64,000 nt of DNA from Deferribacterales bacterium (GCA_050253075.1 JBFWJS010000003.1:309458-373457); one strand, 5' to 3'. Counted from the stretch's first letter, positions 19,652-29,527 are shown. Notes: generated from the sequence alone by a model not told the origin. Made by a program: numbers and translations.

Positions 19652-20953
19652 ATGCGAGAGACATTTAAGACTTTAATCACAGACTTTCAGGAAAGGAAGT
19701 TAAACGGCATAGTTCCCAGAGAATATAATATTCCTGTGGACAGTGACAAGATAATATCTTTGATCGGTGTCAGGCGTTGCGGTAAGACATATATACTCTT
19801 TGATGTTATCAACAAGCTCAGAGAAACCATTCAGCCGGAAAATATAATCTACATAAACTTTGAAGATGACCGTCTCTTTCCGATAGAGTCAAAAGACCTT
19901 GATGCTCTTATGGAAGGGTACTATGAAATGTATCCAGATAAGCGTGATGAATTGATTTATCTGTTTCTTGATGAAGTCCAAAATATACCTGAATGGGAAA
20001 GATACGTCCGCAGGATATACGACACTCTAAATGTCAGAATATTTGTAACAGGCTCATCCTCAAAGCTTCTCAGTAAAGAGATAGCAACCTCTCTGCGTGG
20101 CAGAACTCTTACTTATGAAATATTTCCTTACTCTTTTGCTGACTTCCTGAAAGCGAAAGATATAAAAGTGAATGTTAATAGTTCCTCCTCAGTAAGTCAT
20201 ATAAAGAATGCCCTCAATGAATTTATCACTGACGGCAGCTTTCCGGAAACTTTGTCACAATCTCCAGACATAAAAAGGCGAATACTCAGGGACTATCTTG
20301 ACCTGATAGTCTACAAAGACATAGTTGAAAGGTATGGTGTGAAAAACAACAGCCTCTTGAAGCACATCATAAAATACAGCTTCTGCAACATCGGAACGCT
20401 CGTCAGCCTCAACAAACTATACAATGAATTTAAGTCTCAGGGCTATAAAGTCGGTAAAGATACTGTCTTCGATTATTACTCATACCTTGAAGATGCCTAT
20501 GCGGTTTTCAGTACCCCTATATTCAGAAATAACATCAGGGAAGAGAACCGTAACCCAAGAAAGATATATTCGGTCGATAACGGCTTTAAAGGCGTGTATG
20601 ACGCATTTGTAACTAATGACTACAGCAAGCTTTATGAAAATGCAGTATTCCTGCATCTGAGACGCCAGACATCGGAAGTTTACTATTATAGCGGTAAGCA
20701 GGAAGTAGACTTCTATTGCCGGATAGATGGCAGACAGCTTTTGGTTAATGTCAGCTACAGGATAGACAGCCAAAGCACCAAAGAGCGTGAAATAAACGGC
20801 CTCATTGAAGCTATGGAATATTTCAAAATGAAAGAAGCCTACCTCATAACTGAAGATCACGAAGAAACTATATCTATAGGAGACAATAAAATATTTGTTC
20901 TCCCTCTTTGGAAATGGCTCATAGGTGGCAAAATGTTTTTGGAAATGAAATAA
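19652..20953 (+). CDS. AAA_14 ATPase with DUF4143 (wHTH + PD-(D/E)xK-like) C-terminus
   Basis: GVRRCGKT, YINFEDDR, FLDEVQ, VTGSSS, LRGR, K.Y.VDNG, YEN.V, EVDF. Confidence 0.88.
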   Translation: MRETFKTLITDFQERKLNGIVPREYNIPVDSDKIISLIGVRRCGKTYILFDVINKLRETIQPENIIYINFEDDRLFPIESKDLDALMEGYYEMYPDKRDELIYLFLDEVQNIPEWERYVRRIYDTLNVRIFVTGSSSKLLSKEIATSLRGRTLTYEIFPYSFADFLKAKDIKVNVNSSSSVSHIKNALNEFITDGSFPETLSQSPDIKRRILRDYLDLIVYKDIVERYGVKNNSLLKHIIKYSFCNIGTLVSLNKLYNEFKSQGYKVGKDTVFDYYSYLEDAYAVFSTPIFRNNIREENRNPRKIYSVDNGFKGVYDAFVTNDYSKLYENAVFLHLRRQTSEVYYYSGKQEVDFYCRIDGRQLLVNVSYRIDSQSTKEREINGLIEAMEYFKMKEAYLITEDHEETISIGDNKIFVLPLWKWLIGGKMFLEMK

Positions 20954-20963
20954 GTGAAGCACT

Positions 20964-21950
20964 ATGAAAGAAACAGTAACCTTGGAGGACTTACAAAAAG
21001 TTTCATATCTCAATATTAATGAGCTAGATTCTCGTTTTGTTATGCTGCAGCCATGCCACCATTCAAACGGGAAATGGGAGCAATGGGTTCCAACAAGTGA
21101 AGGCTTAATAAAATTAAAGACTATAGATTTTATTAGTGGTTGTTATTTTGCGAAGCAGCCAGCTGGACACAAAGATGTATATATCTATTTTATTGAATTC
21201 CTGATTAAGAAAGCTCTTTATAAAGGCTCTGTTCATTATTTTAAAGGTATTTTAGAAGACATATATAATTTATCGGCATGTATAAATAAGTTGAATGTAT
21301 TTCATAGTGTTTGGCTTGAAGATGAGAATATGGTTACTAACCAGTTTGTGACTTCTGAACTTGAGTATCTAGTTAAAGTGTCTCGTAGTATGTATGATTT
21401 GCTACAGGAAATTATTGTTTCAACTTGGTCTAATATAAAATTCAATGATGCCAGTTTAGGGCATAAAAAACTACCTAAGTCATTTGCAAAGATGGTTTAT
21501 AAAAATAATCAACTTTCTAGTGCTCCTGAAATAGCTGAAAGGTACTCACTACCAGCATTGTTAGCCGAGTTTTACTATAGAAATGGCACTTTCTTTGATT
21601 GGCTTAAACATTTTAGAGATAATATAATTCATGGTGGGAACAATATCGATTATATTTTTATGACAAACGAAGGTTTTGCGTTATCAATTGAAAAAAATCC
21701 ATTTAAAGATTTGCATATTTGGGAAGTCACGAATGTTAAACCAAATGGACTTGGCTCAGTAAGAGCATTAATGGCTTATATAATATTAAATACAATAAAT
21801 TCACTTGAAGATTTTGCTAATGTCATCCAACACATTATTCAATTTCCACCGGATATAGCACCAGATTATCATGTGTTTATTCGAGGCGAGAATATAGGTG
21901 TGTTAAATGAACTGTATGCTTATTTCTATGGTGACGAGTGGGTAAAATGA
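20964..21950 (+). CDS. Hypothetical protein with HEPN-like RxxxxH motif
   Basis: FFDWLKHFRDNIIHG preceded by the helical motif SRSMYDLL; AT-rich. HEPN call is motif-based only. Confidence 0.6.
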   Translation: MKETVTLEDLQKVSYLNINELDSRFVMLQPCHHSNGKWEQWVPTSEGLIKLKTIDFISGCYFAKQPAGHKDVYIYFIEFLIKKALYKGSVHYFKGILEDIYNLSACINKLNVFHSVWLEDENMVTNQFVTSELEYLVKVSRSMYDLLQEIIVSTWSNIKFNDASLGHKKLPKSFAKMVYKNNQLSSAPEIAERYSLPALLAEFYYRNGTFFDWLKHFRDNIIHGGNNIDYIFMTNEGFALSIEKNPFKDLHIWEVTNVKPNGLGSVRALMAYIILNTINSLEDFANVIQHIIQFPPDIAPDYHVFIRGENIGVLNELYAYFYGDEWVK

Positions 21951-21953
21951 ATT

Positions 21954-23399
21954 ATGAAAAATATAATTGAAATCTCTTTATTGGCTGATAAAGCTATTCT
22001 GGAGAAAAATGGCCTTGTAATCAATGAACTGATCCAAGGCATCAATAATATACTTCCAAGCTTGAGTGGTGATGATAAGTTTCAAGGTTATTATACGCTT
22101 GCAAATTTATATTCTGAATACGGTCAATTAAACAGTGAAAGTATTTATGGGTGGATGGATGATGAATACCCCAAAAACTTAGTGCTGAGTATGAACTCTT
22201 ACCGAGAGTGCCTTTTGCAAAATAACAATGAATTAATAGAACCTATCGTAAATTATGCGAATGCATTGAATAAGTTTTGTCGTACTGTTGAAGCCGTAAA
22301 ATATTGGAAATGCGATTTTTCTTTGGTTGGTGACCCAGCCCCTGTTTCATTTTTATCTATGGGAGACTCATTAGGATGGCTGTCGCAATTCCTAGACGAT
22401 AAGGGACACGAGCTAGAATTTCAGCTTCAAGCCTATCAATTACTAAAAGAGCTACAGCAAAATATTAATAAGGTTGAACATGTAGGGATAGTCCTGACCG
22501 TAAAGGAAGACGAAAGGATAAATAGATTTCTTGCTTACGGGGACAAGCACTTTGCAGATTTAAATTCATCAATTGATACATTTGCTAAACCGAATTATTC
22601 AGCAGATGAAGAGGGCTATAGGAAATGGGTTTTGAATAATAATCTTTTTGCTAACCCTATGAATATTATTACAAAAGAATGGGTGGCTGCAAATGATATT
22701 CTTCAGTTTCCAAGCCATACTGTTAAAGTTTCGGAAGGGCCATATTATATGGCTGCATTTTCATCAATTAAGAGAGAGTATTGCTTTGCTCGACACTTGC
22801 TGTATGAAGGGATACACGGATTCCACCCTAAATATGAAAATGATGATCTTTATTTAACCGACACTCTTGATTATGTTTCATATGATGGCAGTATAGAAAA
22901 AATAAAGGCCTCTTTTCGCATTATTTTTAGCATTTTTGATAGCCTGTATAAACTTCTATATGAATATTTTGGTGCAAACAGTAGCAGTGTTGAAAAAGTT
23001 TATTTTTATCCCAGTCATTTCAGGAAACACTTTTCTTCTTTTGCTAAGAATCCTTTTGTGAATGCTTTGTTTTGGCTTTCATGTGATCTGACAGATAACG
23101 ATCGAATGAAAGACTGGAAAGCTCCTAACCCTAATGGTAAAGATTTTAGAAAAATTAGAAATGCTTTGGAACACAACTGGTTAAGAGTTGCTGATTCAAA
23201 ATCCTTTTATTCTGGAGAGATTGATTATGCATTTAAAATATCCAGAGAGAGTTTGACTGACAAAACATTGGAGCTTATTAGGTTAGCAAGGGCAGCATTG
23301 TTTTATACTGCTTTCGCAGTTAGATGTAATGAAATGCATAACAAGAAAGATGAGTCTAAGATAGTTCAAAACCCTATTAATCTTTACAGACCAATTTGA
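21954..23399 (+). CDS. LA2681-like HEPN-domain protein with N-terminal TPR-like helices
   Basis: IKREYCFARHLLYEG, DTLDY, KASFR..FSIFD, IRNALEH (RxxxxH), ARAALFY. Confidence 0.75.
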   Translation: MKNIIEISLLADKAILEKNGLVINELIQGINNILPSLSGDDKFQGYYTLANLYSEYGQLNSESIYGWMDDEYPKNLVLSMNSYRECLLQNNNELIEPIVNYANALNKFCRTVEAVKYWKCDFSLVGDPAPVSFLSMGDSLGWLSQFLDDKGHELEFQLQAYQLLKELQQNINKVEHVGIVLTVKEDERINRFLAYGDKHFADLNSSIDTFAKPNYSADEEGYRKWVLNNNLFANPMNIITKEWVAANDILQFPSHTVKVSEGPYYMAAFSSIKREYCFARHLLYEGIHGFHPKYENDDLYLTDTLDYVSYDGSIEKIKASFRIIFSIFDSLYKLLYEYFGANSSSVEKVYFYPSHFRKHFSSFAKNPFVNALFWLSCDLTDNDRMKDWKAPNPNGKDFRKIRNALEHNWLRVADSKSFYSGEIDYAFKISRESLTDKTLELIRLARAALFYTAFAVRCNEMHNKKDESKIVQNPINLYRPI

Positions 23400-23423
23400 T
23401 TGTTATCAGAAGATATAGTTTAT

Positions 23424-24608
23424 CTATATAAACAACCCCGGTAACCAGAATTCTTTTGCTTCTTCGCTTATTCCAAGGCTGACGGGGGCTTTTTTATCTT
23501 TGGAAACAAGTAATCCTCTTTTGAGAAGTTCGGATAAAGCTTGGCTGGCGACAGTACGGCTTTGGATGCCCATGATATCGGCTGCCTCACCACGTCTGAA
23601 CTCGCCTTCTTTGACTGCGTAGGCCACAAGTTTGAATGACTTAGGATGTAAGCCTTCTTTGTTGATTAAGAGGCTTATATGGGCTTCTATGCGGTCAAGT
23701 AATCCTTGCTGGTCTATTAGCTTGCCCATGAACTCTACTTGGTCTATACAGCATTTCAGGAAGAATATGCAGAAGTCCTGAAGACCAGAAAGTGACAGGC
23801 TTCCTCTACCGTCCAAATCACCTAATCTTTCAGCGTCACCTTTTGCCAACATCTGTTTGTATAGATCTGACTCTCTGGCAAGTCCTCTGGATACAGACCA
23901 TAAATCACTGCCTATTCCGATAGCTTTTAAATATGCATGGCTGAATAAGCGTGCAACACGTCCGTTACCATCAAGGAAAGGGTGAATCCATAGTAGTCTA
24001 TGGTGTGAGGCTGCTGCTGCTGCCATTTGTTCGTGTTTGCCCAGTTTGCTGATTTCATAAGTTTTACAGAATTTCGCTATGAAGTCTGATATTGACTCGT
24101 GCTGTACACCTACATGACGGCCTACAACTACATCTCTGCTTCTGAATTGGCCGGATTCAACCTCGAACTTGCTACCTTTATCATCTGTAACAAATTTCAA
24201 ACTGTCCGGAAGCTCTTTATAGAACTCTAGATGTATCCACCTTATGAAGCCTTCAGAAACTATTTCATCAAAGCCATGTGTGCCGTAGTCAATTTGCCTT
24301 TGAACTTCTATGTGTGCTTTTGCTTCAAGTTGTAAGTCTCTGGTTTCGGAGTTGTCAGAGAAATCACCGTTCAAAGCATCCTGAATGTCTTTAGGTTTGG
24401 TAGGGTGACCTTCAATGAGGTTGCTGTAATAGCAATTCATGAGGCGTACTTGATCACCGATAAGTGACAGCACTTTAGGGTGCAGTTTACTTGTGAGCAG
24501 TACTGACTGCTCACGCAGGTCTGCAATAAGGTTGTCAATTTCACGCCTTTTCTCAGGAGTCTTGCCATCCTGAAGAGGCATCATTGGTTCCATATATGTT
24601 GGCTTCAT
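23424..24608 (-). CDS. Fic-domain protein (class II, autoinhibited) with C-terminal wHTH
   Basis: HPFLDGNGRVAR active site; inhibitory SNLIEG motif N-terminal to it. Confidence 0.92.
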   Translation of the reverse strand: MKPTYMEPMMPLQDGKTPEKRREIDNLIADLREQSVLLTSKLHPKVLSLIGDQVRLMNCYYSNLIEGHPTKPKDIQDALNGDFSDNSETRDLQLEAKAHIEVQRQIDYGTHGFDEIVSEGFIRWIHLEFYKELPDSLKFVTDDKGSKFEVESGQFRSRDVVVGRHVGVQHESISDFIAKFCKTYEISKLGKHEQMAAAAASHHRLLWIHPFLDGNGRVARLFSHAYLKAIGIGSDLWSVSRGLARESDLYKQMLAKGDAERLGDLDGRGSLSLSGLQDFCIFFLKCCIDQVEFMGKLIDQQGLLDRIEAHISLLINKEGLHPKSFKLVAYAVKEGEFRRGEAADIMGIQSRTVASQALSELLKRGLLVSKDKKAPVSLGISEEAKEFWLPGLFI

Positions 24609-25139
24609 ACGAACAATATAACGAACACAAAAACAAAATGCAATCTAAATGAAAATAACATTTAAAATAAATAAATTAGGAAATATATCTTATGTCAATC
24701 GAACATAAAAACGAACATAAATATGAAAATGTATTACTGTATATGAGAGCTGCATTTATTTGCCTGGCAGTACAGGTAACTGTGTTGAGTGCCACCGTGC
24801 ATTTTTTGAGAAGACACGTCACTTCTTTCGGTCGCCTCATCATATTTTTGCAAACACAAGAAACACGATGTCCATTGCTCAACAGAACAACAGCCGGCAA
24901 TTTATTCTTTTGCACCGAAAGAACAGAAACGGAAGCGGAGAAAACCGCACACTACGATTAATCGAATATCAATTAAAAAATATATAAAATCTTACCATTC
25001 TTATTAAGTATTTGTCAATGTCTTGTGTAAATTTTACCTGTTTAGATTATGGGAATAATAAATAGTATTGACAGATGTATATTGATTATATTATACAGTA
25101 TAAAATACAATAAAAAATAATAATAAAATACATTAAGGA

Positions 25140-25664
25140 GTGAAGTATATGATACAGGTGATGATACATCCATTGTTTGTGGCTTTGGCAGGAGTTACGG
25201 TGCTGGCAATAGTGTTTTGTTTTTTCTTTTGGAGTGCTGCAAGTTTGAGAAAAAATCGTCTAGTTGAGCTAAGAAAGAAGCTCAAAGAGCAGGAAGATGA
25301 TACCAACTTTCGATCATCAATGAGGAATGAATTCATTGAAAAACTGACCATAGCTAAGGATAAGTACGGTGCTGAAGCACATAAATGGAAAGAGCAGTAC
25401 GAAAACATGGAAAGCACGGCGCATGCTATCACTGAAAAGCTTGAGGAAAACATTGAGAACTACAAAGAAGAAATCAAAGGGCTGAAGTATAAAAATGAGG
25501 TTTTAACAGTTTTGACCTCAGACCTAATTGCTGCGTATAAAATCAAGCGACCAAAAATCACGGCTATTTTGAACAATTTGCCTGAAAGGCTACATGACCC
25601 CAAAAAGCTAGAAAGGGTAGTGTCTGCAATACTGAAGGAGGCAAATCACGATGAGAGATTTTGA
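25140..25664 (+). CDS. Hypothetical membrane-anchored coiled-coil protein
   Basis: N-terminal TM helix then a heptad-rich region; AAGGAG upstream; first of three closely packed genes. Confidence 0.6.
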   Translation: MKYMIQVMIHPLFVALAGVTVLAIVFCFFFWSAASLRKNRLVELRKKLKEQEDDTNFRSSMRNEFIEKLTIAKDKYGAEAHKWKEQYENMESTAHAITEKLEENIENYKEEIKGLKYKNEVLTVLTSDLIAAYKIKRPKITAILNNLPERLHDPKKLERVVSAILKEANHDERF

Positions 25665-26181
25665 CAGCCATCTTCCGGTGCCTCTGGTGCAATACGAGGA
25701 TTACATTCAGGATATTCCTGATGATGAAGAGTATCGAAAAGAGCGTGTAATACAGGTCTGTGATGAGCTGGTTGCCTTGATAGACGAGAGGGCTCGTTAT
25801 AACGATAAGAAGATATTTGGTAAGAGTGGGAATTACTATAAGCCGAGTGATATCGTTGTTACAACCACAAGAATACGTCCGCAGTTCCTTGGGTTGTTTC
25901 ACGATGCAGATTTTTACATTGCTCCTAATTACAGGTTCAAGCCTCTTGATGCTGTTGAGCTTATGGCTGTTCTGGATAGTTTTGTAAGCAATAATATAAA
26001 CGTCGAAAGGGTATACAGGCGGAGAGCGTTCTCATTCAAAGTTGTTAAGCGTGATGACGGCATCGTCTTATGTATTGACTATGGCGAAGACCTTAAGAAG
26101 TCATATTTGGATAAATGCTATTGCAGAATAACTGCCGGCGTTCTGAGAACCATACTTTCTAATTGCGACTACTGGTTATAG
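25651..26181 (+). CDS. Hypothetical protein
   Basis: 176 aa; GGAGG RBS; overlaps the upstream gene. Confidence 0.6.
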   Translation: MRDFDSHLPVPLVQYEDYIQDIPDDEEYRKERVIQVCDELVALIDERARYNDKKIFGKSGNYYKPSDIVVTTTRIRPQFLGLFHDADFYIAPNYRFKPLDAVELMAVLDSFVSNNINVERVYRRRAFSFKVVKRDDGIVLCIDYGEDLKKSYLDKCYCRITAGVLRTILSNCDYWL

Positions 26182-26183
26182 CT

Positions 26184-26786
26184 ATGGCAGTATATGCGTA
26201 TATTAGAGTCTCTACAGACAAGCAAGATGCGAAGAATCAGACATATACGGTGTCTTCTTATGTATCTGACAATGGTATTGGAGCTGTTCAGTATGTGGAA
26301 GAAACCGTATCAGGCAAAAAATCGTGGAAGCAGCGGAAGCTGGCTGATGTGATAGAGAGGCTGGAGGCCGGTGACAAGCTAGTAGTTACTGAGATGTCTC
26401 GACTTGGCAGATCCATGCTGGAGGTCTTTGAGATATTTTCAATCTGTATCTCTAAGGATGTTGAAGTCCACATTGTCAAAAGTAACCATGTGCTTAAAAA
26501 CGACATCAACTCGAAAGTACTGACATTCGCCTTCTCTCTTGCTTCCGAGCTGGAGCGTGAGCTTATCTCCTCCAGGACAAAGGAGGCTCTAGCCAGAAAG
26601 AAAGCGGAGGGTGTAAAACTTGGCCGACCAAAAGGTAGCCAGTCCAGTAAGTTAGATTCGAAGATTGACGAAATCCGCATACTTCACAATAAAGGTGTAA
26701 ACACGACCTCTATCGCTAAAATATTCGACGTTAGCCAAACGGCAATGAGACATTTTATGAAATCAAGAGGGTTATATGTAAACTGA
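26184..26786 (+). CDS. Serine recombinase (resolvase/invertase) with C-terminal HTH
   Basis: YAYIRVSTDKQ, GDKLVVTEMSRLGRS, ERELISSRTKEAL...G..LGRP. Confidence 0.92.
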   Translation: MAVYAYIRVSTDKQDAKNQTYTVSSYVSDNGIGAVQYVEETVSGKKSWKQRKLADVIERLEAGDKLVVTEMSRLGRSMLEVFEIFSICISKDVEVHIVKSNHVLKNDINSKVLTFAFSLASELERELISSRTKEALARKKAEGVKLGRPKGSQSSKLDSKIDEIRILHNKGVNTTSIAKIFDVSQTAMRHFMKSRGLYVN

Positions 26787-26876
26787 CTTTACAAATAGTA
26801 ATGATTATGGCGTAATGTCAACTAGGTGCGTTGATTGATAATTTAGGTCTGATATTGTTTGCGTGAGAGGTCGTAT

Positions 26877-27845
26877 ATGTATAAATATTTAATATTATTG
26901 GTTATTGCTGTAGTATGTTTTTCCTGTGGGACTCATCAGAAAACTGACACTCTATTACTAAATGCACAAGAAGGAGACGCCTTAGCACAGTACAAAGTTG
27001 GATACAAGTATTACCATGGGAACAATGTAAATCAAAGTTATGCAGAAGCACTTAAGTGGTTTCGTCTAGCTGCTGAACAAGGCCTGAGTGATGCACAAAA
27101 AGATTTGGGATATATGTACACCTATGGACAAGGTGTTGAGAGAGATGTTCATAAGGGAGTAGTATGGTACCAAAAGGCTGCTGAGCAAGGTAACTCCAAT
27201 GCACAGAATAATTTGGGATATGCATATTATTCTGGCAGAGGTGTAGTGCAAAATTTCAGGACTGCGCTTATGTGGTATAAAAAATCAGCTGACCAAGGTA
27301 ATGAAACTGCTCAATTAAGTCTTGGTAATATGCTTTTTAAAGGAGAAGGAGTAGAAAGAAATTACGAAGAAGCATTTAAGTGGTACGAGAAATCTGCTAT
27401 TCAAGGTAATAAAGACGCTCAGGCTAGTTTAGGATTGATGTATTTAAAAGGATACATATCTATGACCGATAAAGCATCACAATACGAAGAAGCTTTTAAA
27501 TGGTTTAAAGCTGCAGCTATGGGCGGTAATGCATATGCTCAAAAATACCTAGGTGACATGTATTATGACGGCTATGGATGTGGTAAGGATCGTACAGAAT
27601 CATTTAAATGGTATAAATTATCGGCCGAGCAAGGCAATAAGGATGCGCAATATAACTTAGGTGGTTTGTATTTAAATGCAATGAATTATCAGGATGCCTA
27701 TACTATGTTTCTTCTATCAAATCTAAATGGTAGGCAGCTTGATTCTTTGGCTGTATATTCAGCCACAAAACACCTGAACGATTATCAAATTAGTGCTGCT
27801 AAACGTAAGGCTAAAGAACTATATAGTACATGGCGTACTAAATAA
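26877..27845 (+). CDS. Sel1-repeat lipoprotein
   Basis: Lipobox-like CFSC; repeated AQ..LG.MY..G.GV....A.KWY..AA.QG. Confidence 0.9.
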   Translation: MYKYLILLVIAVVCFSCGTHQKTDTLLLNAQEGDALAQYKVGYKYYHGNNVNQSYAEALKWFRLAAEQGLSDAQKDLGYMYTYGQGVERDVHKGVVWYQKAAEQGNSNAQNNLGYAYYSGRGVVQNFRTALMWYKKSADQGNETAQLSLGNMLFKGEGVERNYEEAFKWYEKSAIQGNKDAQASLGLMYLKGYISMTDKASQYEEAFKWFKAAAMGGNAYAQKYLGDMYYDGYGCGKDRTESFKWYKLSAEQGNKDAQYNLGGLYLNAMNYQDAYTMFLLSNLNGRQLDSLAVYSATKHLNDYQISAAKRKAKELYSTWRTK

Positions 27846-27856
27846 GTAGTCGGTTG

Positions 27857-28789
27857 TTACGTTTTAAATTTAAGGTAGTGCTCAGTGATATCAGCTCGTT
27901 CGTGTCCCATCTCCTGGCTGACAATGACTAGCCCCTGCTCATGGACTTTGCCGGATTTCTGGAGTTCCTGCATGCGGTTCTGGGCGAAGTTCCAGCGTAG
28001 ACCGTGTGAGGCGTTGTATGGCTGACATGTTTCTTCTGAAGCTATTTTGAGGTGGTAAAGGTATTTGCCTTTATCAAATTTGAAATTGCCATCTTTTGCC
28101 AATATATCCGAAAGCTCTTTATAGTCTTCAGGATTGATCAGCAGGTCTCTGATTTTTCCGCCTTTACCTTTCACAGTTACACGGCTATCTCCCTTTAAAG
28201 ATGAAGGCATAATGCCGTAGACCTCATCTATGCGTGCTCCGCCAATATATTGAATAGATGCTATTAGCCGATGCGTAGGGTCTTCTAGCTTGGAGATGAG
28301 CTCTTCTGGATTATCGTATGACCTCACACCATCGAACCTCTGGAGAGCTTTATGAGCCTTTTGACGTGCGACTTCTATGGATTCGCCGAAATTGTACTCG
28401 TTACCTGTTTTGTGCGCCTCTGCGTACAGACTTAAAGCCACTGCTAACTTCTCTATGGCTGATGCGTATTGCATAAAAGTCGCATGCTTAACTGAATCAT
28501 CGATTTTTTTCATCAAGAATGATTGCATGTGTTCGCCTGTGAGAACCTCAATGTCTTTGATACCGAAGTGGGCTTTGGCATGCCTGAATGCAGATATCCA
28601 TATCTCACGATAGTCATCAGCGGTAGAGTATGAATATATCCCTGTATTTTGCCCTATGTCGTGCCATGTAACTTTTTGATCTGTGCTGTTTCTGAAGGCT
28701 TCTTTATCAGTGTGCTTTGACTTGCCTATCCTGTTGATTCCTGATGTCTTGAATAATGTCTGAACTTGGTATATTATGCTTCCTCTCAT
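27857..28789 (-). CDS. Tyrosine-recombinase-fold protein (possible MobK/MpsA-type relaxase)
   Basis: GARIDE, GKGGKIR, HGLRWNFAQ, VSQEMGHERADITEHY; start placed at MRGSIIYQ from the promoter geometry. Confidence 0.75.
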   Translation of the reverse strand: MRGSIIYQVQTLFKTSGINRIGKSKHTDKEAFRNSTDQKVTWHDIGQNTGIYSYSTADDYREIWISAFRHAKAHFGIKDIEVLTGEHMQSFLMKKIDDSVKHATFMQYASAIEKLAVALSLYAEAHKTGNEYNFGESIEVARQKAHKALQRFDGVRSYDNPEELISKLEDPTHRLIASIQYIGGARIDEVYGIMPSSLKGDSRVTVKGKGGKIRDLLINPEDYKELSDILAKDGNFKFDKGKYLYHLKIASEETCQPYNASHGLRWNFAQNRMQELQKSGKVHEQGLVIVSQEMGHERADITEHYLKFKT

Positions 28790-28919
28790 AAGTGTATAAT
28801 AACATTGTATTGATTTTGATTCAATAATGTATAATATACATTGACGAAAAGTTGATGGTCTATTAGATGTACCATCAGAGAGACCATCTAGGAAACACTT
28901 TGTTAAAGGTTTGGTAAAC

Positions 28920-29432
28920 ATGTATAAATACGATACTGAATATATAAAGGAACTAACGGGAATCAGCACTGCTGAGGCGAATTCTCTTGTGAAATACTAT
29001 TCAAAGCTGCCTGAGAATGTTCGTATCGAGTCGTTTAAACTGCAAACAGACCTGGCCAGACAAAACAAAGACGGGTTTGATAAAGAGAAAGCGTCAGAGT
29101 ATTACTACGGCATGCACCTACTAGCTTTGCGTGCTATGAAGCGTATAGAGACAGCTCAGGCCACAAAAGATTCGCTCACCGAAGAAGAGGCTATGAGGCT
29201 GCATAAGCTTCGCATAGAGCGTATCAAGGCCGGCAGAGGAAAGAAAGATAGCAAGAAAGCAAGGCTTATCAAAGAAACATTATTTCAGGAAATCAAAGAT
29301 ATGCACTTCAACGAGGGATTGTCCTGGAGGGAGATTGCAGACTACTTAGCAAAGTACCGCAAAGTGAGAATTTCTCACGGATACCTGCAACAGAAATTTA
29401 ATGAGGCGATGTTGTATGAGCAGGAAGATTAA
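28920..29432 (+). CDS. Hypothetical basic protein with C-terminal HTH-like motif
   Basis: GLSWREIADYLAKYRKVRISHGYL; divergent from the recombinase-fold gene; followed by hairpin GAGCAGGAA-N6-TTCCTGCTC-TTT. Confidence 0.65.
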   Translation: MYKYDTEYIKELTGISTAEANSLVKYYSKLPENVRIESFKLQTDLARQNKDGFDKEKASEYYYGMHLLALRAMKRIETAQATKDSLTEEEAMRLHKLRIERIKAGRGKKDSKKARLIKETLFQEIKDMHFNEGLSWREIADYLAKYRKVRISHGYLQQKFNEAMLYEQED

Positions 29433-29527
29433 TTCCTGCTCTTTATTTTGTGTTCAATTACCACGCCTGTGATTGCGATCAAAGCCATTCCGATTGTCAG
29501 CGATACGATAAATGTTCCGTATGTCAT
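29429..29527 (-). CDS. 32-aa single-TM peptide (absent from ORF track)
   Basis: MTYGTFIVSLTIGMALIAITGVVIEHKIKSRN*; AAGGAG 6 nt before the ATG. Confidence 0.55.
   Translation of the reverse strand: MTYGTFIVSLTIGMALIAITGVVIEHKIKSRN

Noticed and set aside
24800..24845. Hammerhead-ribozyme-like core on the minus strand (UGAUGA-GGCGACC-GAAA-GAAG...CUUC-UC)
   Set aside because: The base before UGAUGA is A instead of the required C, stem II has only 2 bp, and stem I does not pair next to the core.
24676..24987. Three overlapping short ORFs (79, 89 and 75 aa)
   Set aside because: No convincing RBS or motifs; better explained as regulatory or structured DNA.
28790..28969. N-terminal 60-codon extension of the recombinase-fold ORF
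   Set aside because: Overlaps the divergent gene, and a well-spaced promoter points to the ATG at 28789.
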